The notes below the pieces were generated by a model. It was not told the origin of the DNA and did not search any database. It saw only the letters and a program-made list of their open reading frames with translations. The translations under genes and the position numbers were made by a program. Below are positions 56,501 to 64,000 of a stretch of DNA of 64,000 nt, one piece after another. Numbering within the stretch: position 1 is the first letter of the stretch; every line of letters starts with the position of its first letter. Source of the DNA: an uncultured bacterium (GTDB lineage: Bacteria > Caldisericota > Caldisericia > JAAYUI01); the NCBI GenBank assembly GCA_965370295.1, contig CBDUSO010000004.1, positions 3,477 to 67,476 on the forward strand, read 5' to 3'.

Positions 56501-58422
56501 ATGAGGTCGTAATCCATTGCAGTTTCAACATCCTGGCAACCGATAAACATCTCGCCTGCTTTGAAGTTTGTGTGGTCATCAGCAAGTGAGAGTTGGAAGC
56601 ACTGTCCACCCTCGGCACGGTTGTTGTCTACACCGTTGTCAAGGAAGAGCTGGAGTCCGATATATTCTCTGTATTCAAGAGCAACATTGAAAAATGAGGT
56701 TGCCGGCATGTAGAATGTGTTGCCGTCTGTGTCAAGAGTGGTTGCTTTGTTTACAAGTTGTGCCATGGCAACAATGTCGCCATTTGGTGAGGTGAACTGG
56801 GCTGCGGTCATTGATGGATACATTTCAACTATTTCGTGTGTATCCTTCTGCATTACTTGCCACAGGTCTGACTCAACGTGGATGTTGTACTTGTATGAGC
56901 AACTTGTTTTAAGTGTCTCAAACATGAGGAAAGCATCATCCATGAAGAATCCACCGGAGCTTGCACCCATACCAGTTACACGACCGTTGATGTGTGTGAG
57001 TCTTATATCATTTATTGATACTACATTATCACCATCAGCGTCATTGTATACCTGGTCATAGAAACTGATTCCACCGGTTGCACTGTGTTTCACGTTTAGA
57101 AGTGTATTCAAAGGAATTACCGGATATGCGTTTGCAAGTTGCCACAGATAATCTTCATCGGTCAACCCAACAAGTGTTCCTTTACGGAAGTTGAAGGATT
57201 GTCCGCCCCAGGTAATTGTCCAACCTGTTAGTCTGAGGTCGAGATCATTGAAGTCTCCACTGCCGTCAACATCAGAGAAGATTGGCTCGCCGTATGTGTA
57301 TGTGCTGTCGCCGTCAATATCGATCAGATATTCGCCGACTGCAAAGTTTGTTAGGGTGAGTCCAACATCCCAGTCATTACCAAGGATGTTTGTGTCATTT
57401 GGATTCCATCTGGTCTGGTTAGAGTCAGATAACTGAGTGTTCCATATGACTGGTTTTCCTGGATAATATGCACCTGGAGTTGTTCCACTTGGACCACCGA
57501 CTCTACCGGTTGAGGTATGATAACCATCAGCACATGTGGCACCTTCTCTCAAGTAGTCAGTTTGATCTGACATACCGAGCTGCCATACACGGTCAACATA
57601 GTCCTCACTGATGTCATCATTGTACCACCAGTAGTGAACTCTCTCGTGATATTTTGGAACTGGGTAATCAAGATCGCCTGCGTTGTAGTTTGGATTTACG
57701 ATATATGGTCCCTGAGTGTTGTTGTCACCAGAAGGGTCAACAATCATTCGAGGGTTGTTATCGCAATCATTCCACTGAGTGGATCCGTCTCCAGAAAAGA
57801 CATTGTTACTTCTATAGTATACGGAGGTCGGATTTGCAGGTTCCCAATATCTACAGTCATGGAATCTTCCGTCCGGGTCAATCCAGACCTGACCGAGTTC
57901 ATCCATTACTATATATCTCTTGTCATACAGCTGGGATTCTCCACCCTCTGCTTTGATTGTGAGATACACTTCGCAATAGAGATAGGGGAGTACTGACCAA
58001 TCTTCATCTGCGTATTGATTGACACCGGCGTTTATAGGACCACTTCCAGGGTTTTCAATCGCCTCTACACAGTTTGGCATGTTGTACTGAGTGCTACCCC
58101 AGAGGTCCTCTCCCTCATTCTGCCACGGGAAGAAAACACCATCTAATGCGTCGTATGTTGGATGTCCAGAAAATGCCGGGTCAAGAGAAAATCTACCGGT
58201 ATTCTCATTGATCAAAACACCCTCGTAATTGGTATCTCTACCATTTTTCAGCGGTCTGCCGTAGCGGTCATAACCACACCCGTGCCATCTGGATGCGATC
58301 ATTGTGACATCACGAACTTCACTATCGTCAACTGCTTTTACAGACTGTACACCAATGAATGAACCTACTAACATACCCATTATCATCATTGTTGCAACGA
58401 GCAAACTTATTACTCTCTTCAT
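47551..58422 (-). CDS. Giant secreted surface protein, paralogue B (~3623 aa), with extra Tyr-rich and NIDO-like insertions
   Basis: The start was set at ATG 58422 (MKRVISLLVATMMIMGMLVG...), which follows an AAGGAGAGG RBS. It has the same block order as A and C: RFPNLVLRLWDADNPIDVNDPAGMLF, YIIQVNDDGSYTFWRW, FQDCCQKPITDGVDVHAL, AYKYGDDDVGNSF and MSHEVYLAG. Confidence 0.85.
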   Translation of the reverse strand: MKRVISLLVATMMIMGMLVGSFIGVQSVKAVDDSEVRDVTMIASRWHGCGYDRYGRPLKNGRDTNYEGVLINENTGRFSLDPAFSGHPTYDALDGVFFPWQNEGEDLWGSTQYNMPNCVEAIENPGSGPINAGVNQYADEDWSVLPYLYCEVYLTIKAEGGESQLYDKRYIVMDELGQVWIDPDGRFHDCRYWEPANPTSVYYRSNNVFSGDGSTQWNDCDNNPRMIVDPSGDNNTQGPYIVNPNYNAGDLDYPVPKYHERVHYWWYNDDISEDYVDRVWQLGMSDQTDYLREGATCADGYHTSTGRVGGPSGTTPGAYYPGKPVIWNTQLSDSNQTRWNPNDTNILGNDWDVGLTLTNFAVGEYLIDIDGDSTYTYGEPIFSDVDGSGDFNDLDLRLTGWTITWGGQSFNFRKGTLVGLTDEDYLWQLANAYPVIPLNTLLNVKHSATGGISFYDQVYNDADGDNVVSINDIRLTHINGRVTGMGASSGGFFMDDAFLMFETLKTSCSYKYNIHVESDLWQVMQKDTHEIVEMYPSMTAAQFTSPNGDIVAMAQLVNKATTLDTDGNTFYMPATSFFNVALEYREYIGLQLFLDNGVDNNRAEGGQCFQLSLADDHTNFKAGEMFIGCQDVETAMDYDLILTEFNDEFLYFETSFDMTNPPGMLDGVKYGCGEPFYRDIRKLPFIPGLPLDPDPYSATFNPATVNEGDQRMIDMEIYSNVNVALGDAGTMIKYPAGSFVVAGDLDVGRVLVEMDPGLTFYDEPIGCYGPNGMYDVGELIYWDPALAAGLRATQMVAWDNVGTHSYGIEDFDPTAFAGGQRWDTARHGGNTQGIYNPGTNTIGAGAFGQSGQMGGVIPGGGMDWYYHQNGGISGQYPSSGSPRVHNATVHYDYSYCRYYNYPWWRYTYERFYNYYDRCGDLLALQNTNFLGDWRLRLYEDTYTRPYTYQYYYGPTSCGQGTWGSIYYYQYYYSQYSSALVWYRGVDSNGDDVCTNAGGMWDNYQFNYDVMCRDDRNYSNYEKRVGMGCVYMDYAGNGYGQMYFYSGYNRSYYGWHNSGYWSAMHFLRWEAATHPENGGPYSRAHHIARYNAPNSGDLMANNTVHEIETTVFAGYWTIVTDFWPVDIEINLTGTPNGFGSIGFNHGQYQNYYNSTYAVDAYFDNAQAYHIDVIPSAGDRRRLLQGGHHVGMNKHVYRLDGSSDDSEEYSTSSTSASNLRPFSYYYPCGTKLAAGELYDVKSKVSMISMGRCGDPRFMDIPVLPGDVDLKVTIDGVPITKDQEFHLKVEQTADIQVSVDPPPKPGEKYTVKLNGVFQEGIPAKEAYTDYIQTREANTFTEFCTGVVDEYELDKDQFSSTYLSYAFTDELSLPFDFPLYNRVFPMGSPLYVSSAGYLGFNNRNPNTYVSMRDTPYTYYWFSWRYGRDYRDYTICPLGTYQVQYYAPRSGRVPNDNLQIFYCQPTATELKVRWMSQTQYPMNSNSPADLNFSATLYSDGSVRFSYGDCAGAYRYRQGVVGLSGNISGSPRHDEFQEGYYHGLSAPTFDYQDDLLFTRFEFPADPGRAGGGTIDDNYFIGENRETVHSNEIGNAYYSTVELTPENPVEHIQYTPYRGSVQEDGSCDPLRIEVFLERGGVAFPTPVDSVLSGVREERPIEDYEEEDYNLYEYNIYDPFWVVRPWTIKMYDGRYIGDHTPRPITSTSGMLSSSCQLDNQYDCYGQFDMIVGPEDIEIDYSASGKACISPVDQRFPNLVLRLWDADNPIDVNDPAGMLFSTVALQAGVRGKMICNVNAHGAGIKYLCTAQSPDEPNERYIIQVNDDGSYTFWRWYEAAEDRPGAAKGALDPTDWLYSARRYLNGIYGDTGEAGWTASRQPWTDTDGWLQAITRDGNITTELDDRDCSFDTGICDVCQLGAGFPRLGDVSAGDLLGRFNNVFSDREPPFFQGWQGARFGSIATYGIPTMVTNWDDSSDGGEIFIPLQPKNTSTPLEIRVYMAHTIYDYNSVIAGWSFDDSNPTFHPPYFVYDDSPGIDYCGTFTVDVQAADMLNFGEFNMIDHGKQFSAADYTSGDNPLSAMDRPSPQLRHWYDPVCKNYKEDCRVYPGGQSHTARAIGSERGGGFNAYPAIQHELYNKLGTEFYPLTDYGFFFTLVSPTSVGDGGRGNTQSYTDWDQYTFDPYATITRNYPGLNFRLIETIEFTGPFMVPARYHRPNIIGAGYNGSGYVEQRLVSEYQFNGVENVPIRYDTSGYLKIDRRNSQYYEVNAGDFTSIVSPGFRDDMHIALGEGLPANAALRKSRALVYRSSDPNIVHSYGIENGYVFAVDEIIPIQPGNIEIKVTLTDGTVKIFQDCCQKPITDGVDVHALGIELDNEDVEERGGIFVDDEITLNVRVTENEKADIPDYNEWQNAQCNDAQVFAWQDCGIFDPQQNVWVGAGDGWVTKPPKNSVVYQQGIQYLIDDDYDDDGKVSFASHETEIMGSYDLATNSWTGAFIDARTYHRNDGLYKLTVAPDMVGFDFGGFGATGEPLPPGYRDHVIGFDETLPMWIVAYKYGDDDVGNSFRPLYDSIPDSIGSMSHEVYLAGTRKFEVFPQEDLNMTYGPEPLTAGMTPELQNPDTPLHFTFTDDNGNPVDFRKGISDAWGNTAVVDRDIAMHCFVDPHPDNDYYYGMGSVLPQYYWTRTDLHNFDGTPICNSMLYSQPNDPFRPITFEVDRGDDDETTGRYDFRGFTANDQGEFEVYAYTPDRKHRAMVTVKVAQPDVKYTIRNTETDESFDDVDFVMTANDDRLYEITATCWDAQGSLIKGIAKEVSVCSGTGADTARFTPYITRPQNFNYTRGQNPARGYSHYGVGGYGLGYDPIRGNNDKMFLCSEGNRFYPFLAIDITNDGKIDPVYTANSEIHRFTSMKPYMQTYYSLYDTWRYGNWSSPVVHYNTTNYRYDDYSYETTDSWDVPPINNIGWGWGAIYNNPYAGAYIFPDLDLDGILTFADSLSFNENGQVSFYYWADDVNEVGGLIGNNLLSNHKDHADVVGFPGWYDKFDPNYMYYRYVARRSYRGFYYGTMDHTFKLDWEAIPNRNTGAKAPELKLFDPVTGDEMSKDILDPGAYDFTYAVRNHFIVRAYPADSRDAKLKADSEIQAGNYTNWAWYLENSYENNIKGKLTESKTDPKAMETIMYWTPTGTGENVAALYFTREYNWNMRANNIKGMDGFEYDSWFSLYATNLLDVTTGLEITATPYNEILKLGQPDTVSVVVKEAGSGYAIEGAVVTFRSEDGTIEMEQTTDAIGEARFENVKPETRAKIIIGATYEGYTPGNSVLYVDLDLTPPSIDIDEFEGITNRGTINLSGVVSTGAELDVGKKKAKVAADGKWQSQVTLQEGENLITLHAVGANGVESAVTVKITLDTTAPGILMPQQSDIDAFGIGGNSGEIWLTGRVTPLSNVEVTISQGGNARQVTVTVANDVWKTERFTINTGEEFTVGVKATDVAGNTTPATESYTIKKVTIIVLSIGDPIPTKNGQPQNQIQPPELKNGIIMVPLKDIEGLINGLSVNVGGNTMTVAVNGKTATCTVGSKNATVNGVQLTLDVAPYMIGTNKLMVPIAFIQKVIELTGNKVTIKTSGDRMFTITIEG

Positions 58423-58684
58423 CTGACCTCTCCTTTTAGACATAAGCCACTAAGGGGCCAATCTTGGGCCACTTCAACCTTTAGTTCAATCGCTATGAAT
58501 CTATTCATCGAGCTTCTTTTCTTATTTCCTTTATCGCTATAAATCAAATCTTCATCTCTCGCCTCTTAGGAGATGTCCGCATCAAACACGGACACCCCCG
58601 AGAGGATAATTAACTTCTCTTACTTCCAGCTATAGCTTGTAACTCCAACTATCTTAAATGGAGTTACGTTGCTGTATGAATTCC

Positions 58685-61600
58685 TTATTCAACCTTTGTC
58701 AAAACCATCTTGTTGCTTGCTTTGTCCCAATCTGTGTCTATCTCAAGAATCTGGGCAAAGAACTGGACATCAACAAACTTAATGCCCATGTCATCGATTG
58801 GTGGATTTGGCATTGACATATCTTCGCCATCGAGTGTGAATGCATTGGTACCGGCGGTCATCACGAATGCTTTACCGTTGATTGTGACATCGATCTTACC
58901 GGAGATGTCAGATGCACCTGTATCGCCAAAGAACTGTGTGAGTGCACTGATTGGTGCATAGAAGACACCAGAAACAACCTTGGGAGCACGATTCAGTGGG
59001 GTCACCTTGCTGTCATTGATGGTTACGTTCAGTGATCCAACCTGTAGCACCATCACCGTTCTTCCAACAACAGTTACCTCAAAGTCTTTTGAGTTTTCAT
59101 TGCCCGCTGGGTCAACAGCTTCGATTGTAACTTCGAGTTTACCAGTAGCAACATTATTGAGTTCAATTCTCCAGGTGTCATAAACGACATCTGCAGGTTG
59201 ACCGTTAACGGTGACTGTTGAGTAAGGCTCTACCTTACCTGTTAGTACGACGTTTGGTCCAAACACTGTTACGTTTGGATCATCCTGGTCGAGAATAATT
59301 TCTGGTGCAATTGAGTCACGTGTTATGCTGACTGTGAGTGAGGTGGACATGCCGGCTGTGTTGCTTGCGGTTACTTCGATGGAGTTGTACCCATCAACAA
59401 GACTGACTTCGTGTTCGAATGAGCCATCTGCTTTGACTTTGACTTTGTCGGCCCCAATCTTAATGAGGGCACCAATTGTGGTCTTACCGGCCACCTTAAT
59501 CGTACTATCTTTTGTGGTTGATGGTAAGGAATTGACAATGAGCATTGGTGGGACAACTTCTATCTCAACACCAACACCGGCAACTGCCGTTCCGTACTCT
59601 TCAGATTTTGCACGGATTATTATTTTGCCAGGTTTGGTTGGGGTCACCTTGAATTCGACTACACCCTTATCGTTTGTGGTTGCAGATTTACCTTCAACTA
59701 TGCCATTTTCGCCATCAAGCGTGACTTTAATTCCGGCAACAGGTTCATCTGCTCCACCTGCAACTACAACCTTGACGGTTAGGGTTGATTCAACTCCAAC
59801 CTTGAGAGCTCCTGCAATCTCTGGAATTATATGGATTCCTTTAACTACATCAAACGCCACAATTGCCATATTATGTGAGAACACTGGAAGTCCCATCGGG
59901 TTGTACGTTACTGTCATCTCTTCGCTTATAAGTAATCCAGCGGTAGATTCACCAGTTCCTGTTGGGTCAACATAGATGTGTGTTTCTCTTGCATTTGGAT
60001 CTTCTTCGCTCTCAACAAGTCTTCCAACAACCATTGTCTCAAACTTAGGTGCTGATTCGTTGCTATCTTTGTCAGGTGATGCATATTGGATTATAGCATC
60101 CAATTTTATAGGAAGGTCACGTCTGTCGGCAGGGTAAACTCTAACCAACATGTGATTTTTTACTGCGTATGTGAGGTCATAGTTATCCGAGTTTAACAAG
60201 TCTTTTTTCCAAGGTTCACCGGTTAACGGTTCAATTATCTCAATATCTGGAGGTGAGATGGAAAGTTCGGTATCTGCCCATGCTTCCCAGTCAAGTTTGA
60301 AGATTTCATCTGGTGAATTTCTTGTAAATCTGTACCTTGAGTAGTTTGGATCCATTGCTGTGTAATACCCAGGAGATCCAGCAACATCAGCGAACTGACC
60401 CACGTTACAATACTCATTGTAACCAACCAGTCCGGTCAAAATACAACCGTCATTTGCTGCCAGGTAGAACGTGGTTCTTCCCTGTTCATCCAATGAGAAT
60501 GAGTCTCTGAAGCTGAGTACGCTATCGGAGTTATAGTCTGGGAACAGATAAGTGCCATGGTATAGGTCGTTGTAAATACATCCTCTTCCCCATCCTCTGG
60601 CATGGGACATAAACTGTGATATTCCTCGTCTAAGTTCGAAGAACTGGTAGCCCTGTGTATCCGGATACCAAGAACCCCATCCAATCCATGGGATTGTTTC
60701 ATAACTTCCATCTGAGTACTTCGTATTGAAGGTATTGTAATAGACAGGAGTGGAGCCACTCTTCATGTATCTTATTTCAGCGTATTCGGATTGCGTCATT
60801 GACAGCTGTGTGAGGACATTATCACCATTTATATCGATTCCTGCAAAGTTGTGATAGTAGGTCTCAGTATATCCATTATCAGTTAGCGTAACGTCACCAT
60901 ACCAGTAGTTGTGCGGAATAGTGGTTGCCAGTGTGAATCTTGCAATATCTTCGCCCTCACCAGAGCAGACACTTACACCCTTGGCGACACCCTTCAAGAG
61001 TGCATCCTGGGCATTTCTACATGTTGCTGTAATGAGATATGTTCTGTTATCGCCACCGGTCATAACAAAGTCCGGGTCATCATTTGTAGACGGTACATCA
61101 AATATGTCACCTGTAGCATCGTTGTTTGCGATTTCATATGAAACCTTTGGAGATACTACCTTGACGGTTACAACACCGGAGTGTCTTCTGTCTGGGGTGT
61201 AGATGTAGACTTCAAATTCACCCTTATCATTTGCAATGAATCCCTTGAAGCTATAATTACCATTTTCGGAATCATCGGATATGAAATCGATTGGGAGGAA
61301 TGCAGAATTGTACATCGCTGGGTTATAGTTGAATGATCCTTCTTCGTCCTGGTAGTTATGAATATCGGTTCTGAGCCAGTAGTACTGAGGCATAATTGAA
61401 CCACGACCATAGTAGTAGTCATTGTCTGGGAGTGGATCTTTGAACAGGTTCTGCCACACGGCTCTGTCGAGAATATCAGTTTCACCATGAGCATCGGAGA
61501 TACCCAAAGTGAACAGGTCAACACTCTCACCGTTGTAGTCTGTGACATGGAATGTGAGTGGATCGCCAAGTTTTTCAGGGATTACACCGGCTGTGAGTGG

Positions 61601-64000
61601 TTCTGGACTATAGGTTATGTTCAAGTCACGTCTTGGTTCAACACCAATTGAAACCTGACCAGCCAGATACACTTCGTGTGAGAAGCCAGTTGACCAATCT
61701 TCATCATAGAATGGTGAGAATCCACGATCTTGATTGTCATCGCCATATTTGTAAGCGGTTATGTTGAACGGGCAAGTCTCTGTGTTGTCAATAATATGGT
61801 CAACGTGGTTTCTAAGCAATGGTCTGCCATTTTCATCGCGACCACCAATATCGATACCGACCTGGTCAATACGACAACCAAGCTCTTCAGTGAGTTCGAT
61901 TGTGTATTTTCCATTTTCACGCTGGTATGTTCGGGCATCTATCATTCCGCCCTCCCAGGTGTTTGTGGCCATGTTATATCTTCCAACAATCTCTGTTTCC
62001 CAGTCATTGAATGTGACGTATCCATCATTATTTCTGTCAAACACTGGGTCAAATGCTGTTTCAACATTGGTAAGTTCGGATGACATTGGTGGCCAGATTA
62101 TCTGTCCATCAAGTGCTCCAAACCAATAGTTTGAATCTGGGTCAACAACGCCTCTATCCTGCCATGCAAACAGAACTGCATTGTTGCATTCGATATTGAG
62201 CCATTCACCGTTGTTGAGCATTCCTTTGCCGGAATCTTCGGTCAAAGTCAGATCGAATACATTGTCTTCGAGTACGGTTACAAACTGTGGTGCTCCTTCA
62301 ATCTTGAGACCATGTACCGGAATTCCATCTTTGGTTCCGGTAAGGTCAGACTGACAGCAATCCTGATATACCTTTTTCACATCATTGTAGAGTTCAAGTT
62401 CAATTTCAATGTCGCCAGGTCCGGTTGGAATGATTTCATCGATCACCCAGACATATGGATAACATGGAGTTACAGGGTCAGCGACAGAGTTGTAGTTTGT
62501 TCTTGTTGATCTCCAGAACCCACCATAGTAGAGGTCTTTCCATTTTCCAAGCCAGTTGTTGTTGTAGTCATATGGAACAGAATCAGCCTGTGACATTGGC
62601 TCACCGATTCGACTGTAGTCATTACCAATAACATCGCAGTAGGCTCCAAAGTTGGATGGATTAATGTCAATTATTCCTGAGTAATCGTAGGAGATTGGAA
62701 GACCAATTATGTTGTTGTACTCGTAGTATGGGCTGTCCATTCCACCGAGTATGCAGTTGAGTGATGGTTCATCGTACCAAAGTGGTCTCATGAACGGACC
62801 TTTGATCGTCATATAGCGTAGTGCAAGGTCTGGTTCCTGGGTTGGGCTTCTGCCGTAACCAAGATGGTTTCCTTCACCATTTGCAAGTATGAAATACATT
62901 CCATAGTCGGTAAGTGGGTAATATTCTGTACCCATTTTGACAAACTGGTTTTCCCAGATTGCCGGATATGCATTCCAGAGATGTCCTCTACTGCCCTGCA
63001 ATCTACCGGTATGAGTCTGTCCACCTGGGTAACATCTTACCTGAGTGTTGTAGTTATAAACAATTGGGTTGTATGGTGCCTGGATGCGTGGAGCTGGTGG
63101 TAACATTGGGTAGAGTGGGTTGACACCTGTTGTGTAGTTGAGTTGAGAATTCTGAAGTGCGTGGTCTGCTATTCTGAATTCAATGAAGTTTACGTCAGAA
63201 TCTGGCTCGAGTACTTTGATGGTTGTGTAACCACAGTAGTCAACACCCATTGATGTGTCCTGAGCAAAGTATGGTCCTGGCCAGTGAATGTTGGAGGAGT
63301 TGTAATCAAACACTGCCTGGTATGTGTAGACTCTTACATCAAGAGTTCCTGACTGGAGTGGTTTGACTGGGAACATTATCTGTCCACCATCTGAACCAAG
63401 TTCCCATCTGTCGATTGCACAAGGTACACCAAAGTTTTCGATTGATGGGTATGGAGCTGGAAGTGGCTGTGGGTTTGGATAGAGTGAAAAGGGGTCAGCC
63501 ACTGTACCCATGAATAAACCATAGGCATCAGCCAGCGTAACATCACCAAAGCACGGAAGTTTTGACCCTTCATTACATGAATCACACACACCGCCACCAA
63601 GTGAACAATCATTATCTGTTAATCTGAGATCATACTGATTGTCGCGTACTGGTAATGGGGTTCTTGTTGGTGGAGGAATTAATGCTGGTGACTGACTGTC
63701 GTCAAGCCATGTGTATAACCAATCGTTTGGATCGAGTGCACCAAATATCTGTGTTGGGGCAAGTGGTTCATACCATCTCCACCACCAGTATGTGCCATCA
63801 TCATTAACCTGGACAATGAATCTATTTGGACTTGCTGTTCCACAGGTTATGAGATAATCAACACCGCAACCTGACACGTTTACATTTGCAATGATTGTCT
63901 GGTCAACACCACTTATCCCTGCTGGACAAGATATTGGAATATCTGCTGGGTCGTTGACATCATTGGGGTTATCAGCGTCAATTAGTGTAAGGAGCACATT
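58685..64000 (-). CDS. Giant secreted surface protein, paralogue C (>1770 aa; the 5' end lies beyond the window)
   Basis: The ORF is open to the window edge. Its blocks LLTLIDADNPNDVNDPADI, FIVQVNDDGTYWWWRW, YQDCCQSDLTGTKDGIPVHGL, AYKYGDDNQDRGF and FSHEVYLAG match A and B. It ends in C-terminal Ig-like domains and a CAO-N-like domain. Confidence 0.85.
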   Translation of the reverse strand, partial: NVLLTLIDADNPNDVNDPADIPISCPAGISGVDQTIIANVNVSGCGVDYLITCGTASPNRFIVQVNDDGTYWWWRWYEPLAPTQIFGALDPNDWLYTWLDDSQSPALIPPPTRTPLPVRDNQYDLRLTDNDCSLGGGVCDSCNEGSKLPCFGDVTLADAYGLFMGTVADPFSLYPNPQPLPAPYPSIENFGVPCAIDRWELGSDGGQIMFPVKPLQSGTLDVRVYTYQAVFDYNSSNIHWPGPYFAQDTSMGVDYCGYTTIKVLEPDSDVNFIEFRIADHALQNSQLNYTTGVNPLYPMLPPAPRIQAPYNPIVYNYNTQVRCYPGGQTHTGRLQGSRGHLWNAYPAIWENQFVKMGTEYYPLTDYGMYFILANGEGNHLGYGRSPTQEPDLALRYMTIKGPFMRPLWYDEPSLNCILGGMDSPYYEYNNIIGLPISYDYSGIIDINPSNFGAYCDVIGNDYSRIGEPMSQADSVPYDYNNNWLGKWKDLYYGGFWRSTRTNYNSVADPVTPCYPYVWVIDEIIPTGPGDIEIELELYNDVKKVYQDCCQSDLTGTKDGIPVHGLKIEGAPQFVTVLEDNVFDLTLTEDSGKGMLNNGEWLNIECNNAVLFAWQDRGVVDPDSNYWFGALDGQIIWPPMSSELTNVETAFDPVFDRNNDGYVTFNDWETEIVGRYNMATNTWEGGMIDARTYQRENGKYTIELTEELGCRIDQVGIDIGGRDENGRPLLRNHVDHIIDNTETCPFNITAYKYGDDNQDRGFSPFYDEDWSTGFSHEVYLAGQVSIGVEPRRDLNITYSPEPLTAGVIPEKLGDPLTFHVTDYNGESVDLFTLGISDAHGETDILDRAVWQNLFKDPLPDNDYYYGRGSIMPQYYWLRTDIHNYQDEEGSFNYNPAMYNSAFLPIDFISDDSENGNYSFKGFIANDKGEFEVYIYTPDRRHSGVVTVKVVSPKVSYEIANNDATGDIFDVPSTNDDPDFVMTGGDNRTYLITATCRNAQDALLKGVAKGVSVCSGEGEDIARFTLATTIPHNYWYGDVTLTDNGYTETYYHNFAGIDINGDNVLTQLSMTQSEYAEIRYMKSGSTPVYYNTFNTKYSDGSYETIPWIGWGSWYPDTQGYQFFELRRGISQFMSHARGWGRGCIYNDLYHGTYLFPDYNSDSVLSFRDSFSLDEQGRTTFYLAANDGCILTGLVGYNEYCNVGQFADVAGSPGYYTAMDPNYSRYRFTRNSPDEIFKLDWEAWADTELSISPPDIEIIEPLTGEPWKKDLLNSDNYDLTYAVKNHMLVRVYPADRRDLPIKLDAIIQYASPDKDSNESAPKFETMVVGRLVESEEDPNARETHIYVDPTGTGESTAGLLISEEMTVTYNPMGLPVFSHNMAIVAFDVVKGIHIIPEIAGALKVGVESTLTVKVVVAGGADEPVAGIKVTLDGENGIVEGKSATTNDKGVVEFKVTPTKPGKIIIRAKSEEYGTAVAGVGVEIEVVPPMLIVNSLPSTTKDSTIKVAGKTTIGALIKIGADKVKVKADGSFEHEVSLVDGYNSIEVTASNTAGMSTSLTVSITRDSIAPEIILDQDDPNVTVFGPNVVLTGKVEPYSTVTVNGQPADVVYDTWRIELNNVATGKLEVTIEAVDPAGNENSKDFEVTVVGRTVMVLQVGSLNVTINDSKVTPLNRAPKVVSGVFYAPISALTQFFGDTGASDISGKIDVTINGKAFVMTAGTNAFTLDGEDMSMPNPPIDDMGIKFVDVQFFAQILEIDTDWDKASNKMVLTKVE

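Noticed and set aside
1-64000. tRNA, rRNA, tmRNA, integrase/transposase genes, a reverse transcriptase (DGR or retron) or toxin-antitoxin pairs.
   Set aside because: Scanning the intergenic regions and the ORF track by eye showed none. The intergenic space is largely accounted for by the repeat families, promoters and terminators described. A proper tRNAscan or Infernal run is still advisable.

Overview
This is an AT-rich 64-kb fragment that looks bacterial: it has lipobox and Sec-type signal peptides, the MEP-pathway gene dxs, smc and copA. I saw no rRNA, tRNA or CRISPR array by eye. All calls come from reading the supplied translations and the DNA; no searches were run. The window falls into three zones. 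Zone 1 (1-23 kb) is mostly housekeeping: dxs, a CoA-binding protein plus hotdog thioesterase pair, a split class-I Fe-S fumarate/tartrate hydro-lyase, smc, a class-V aminotransferase and copA. It also holds secreted beta-propeller and DUF11/PKD proteins and a solo 1102-aa nuclease-methylase-specificity fusion gene. Its intergenic gaps are packed with two hairpin-repeat families. One family builds a ~150-bp MITE/REP-like composite element with at least 6 copies. A separate 105-bp palindromic element sits exactly in frame inside the methylase gene, in the manner of Rickettsia palindromic elements. Zone 2 (23-31.5 kb) is an accessory block. It carries a SIR2-like/DUF4917-type gene and a TTGACA-T14-TATAAT promoter that could be phase-variable. 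It also carries a membrane-anchored beta-propeller protein and small Cys-containing ORFs next to a radical SAM/SPASM maturase (a candidate RiPP locus). A membrane GT2 glycosyltransferase follows; the first 21 nt of its coding sequence are duplicated 3.3 kb upstream. An AlbA_2/Schlafen-type ATPase-like protein ends the block. Zone 3 (31.6-64 kb) is a surface-protein supercluster in which five proteins end in a copper-amine-oxidase-N-terminal-like module. Three of them are tandem giant paralogues of 3028 aa, ~3623 aa and >1770 aa (partial), filling more than 25 kb on the minus strand. Their bulk has no family I recognise. This giant-paralogue array is my best candidate for an undescribed system, followed by the RiPP cassette and the in-frame palindromic element.
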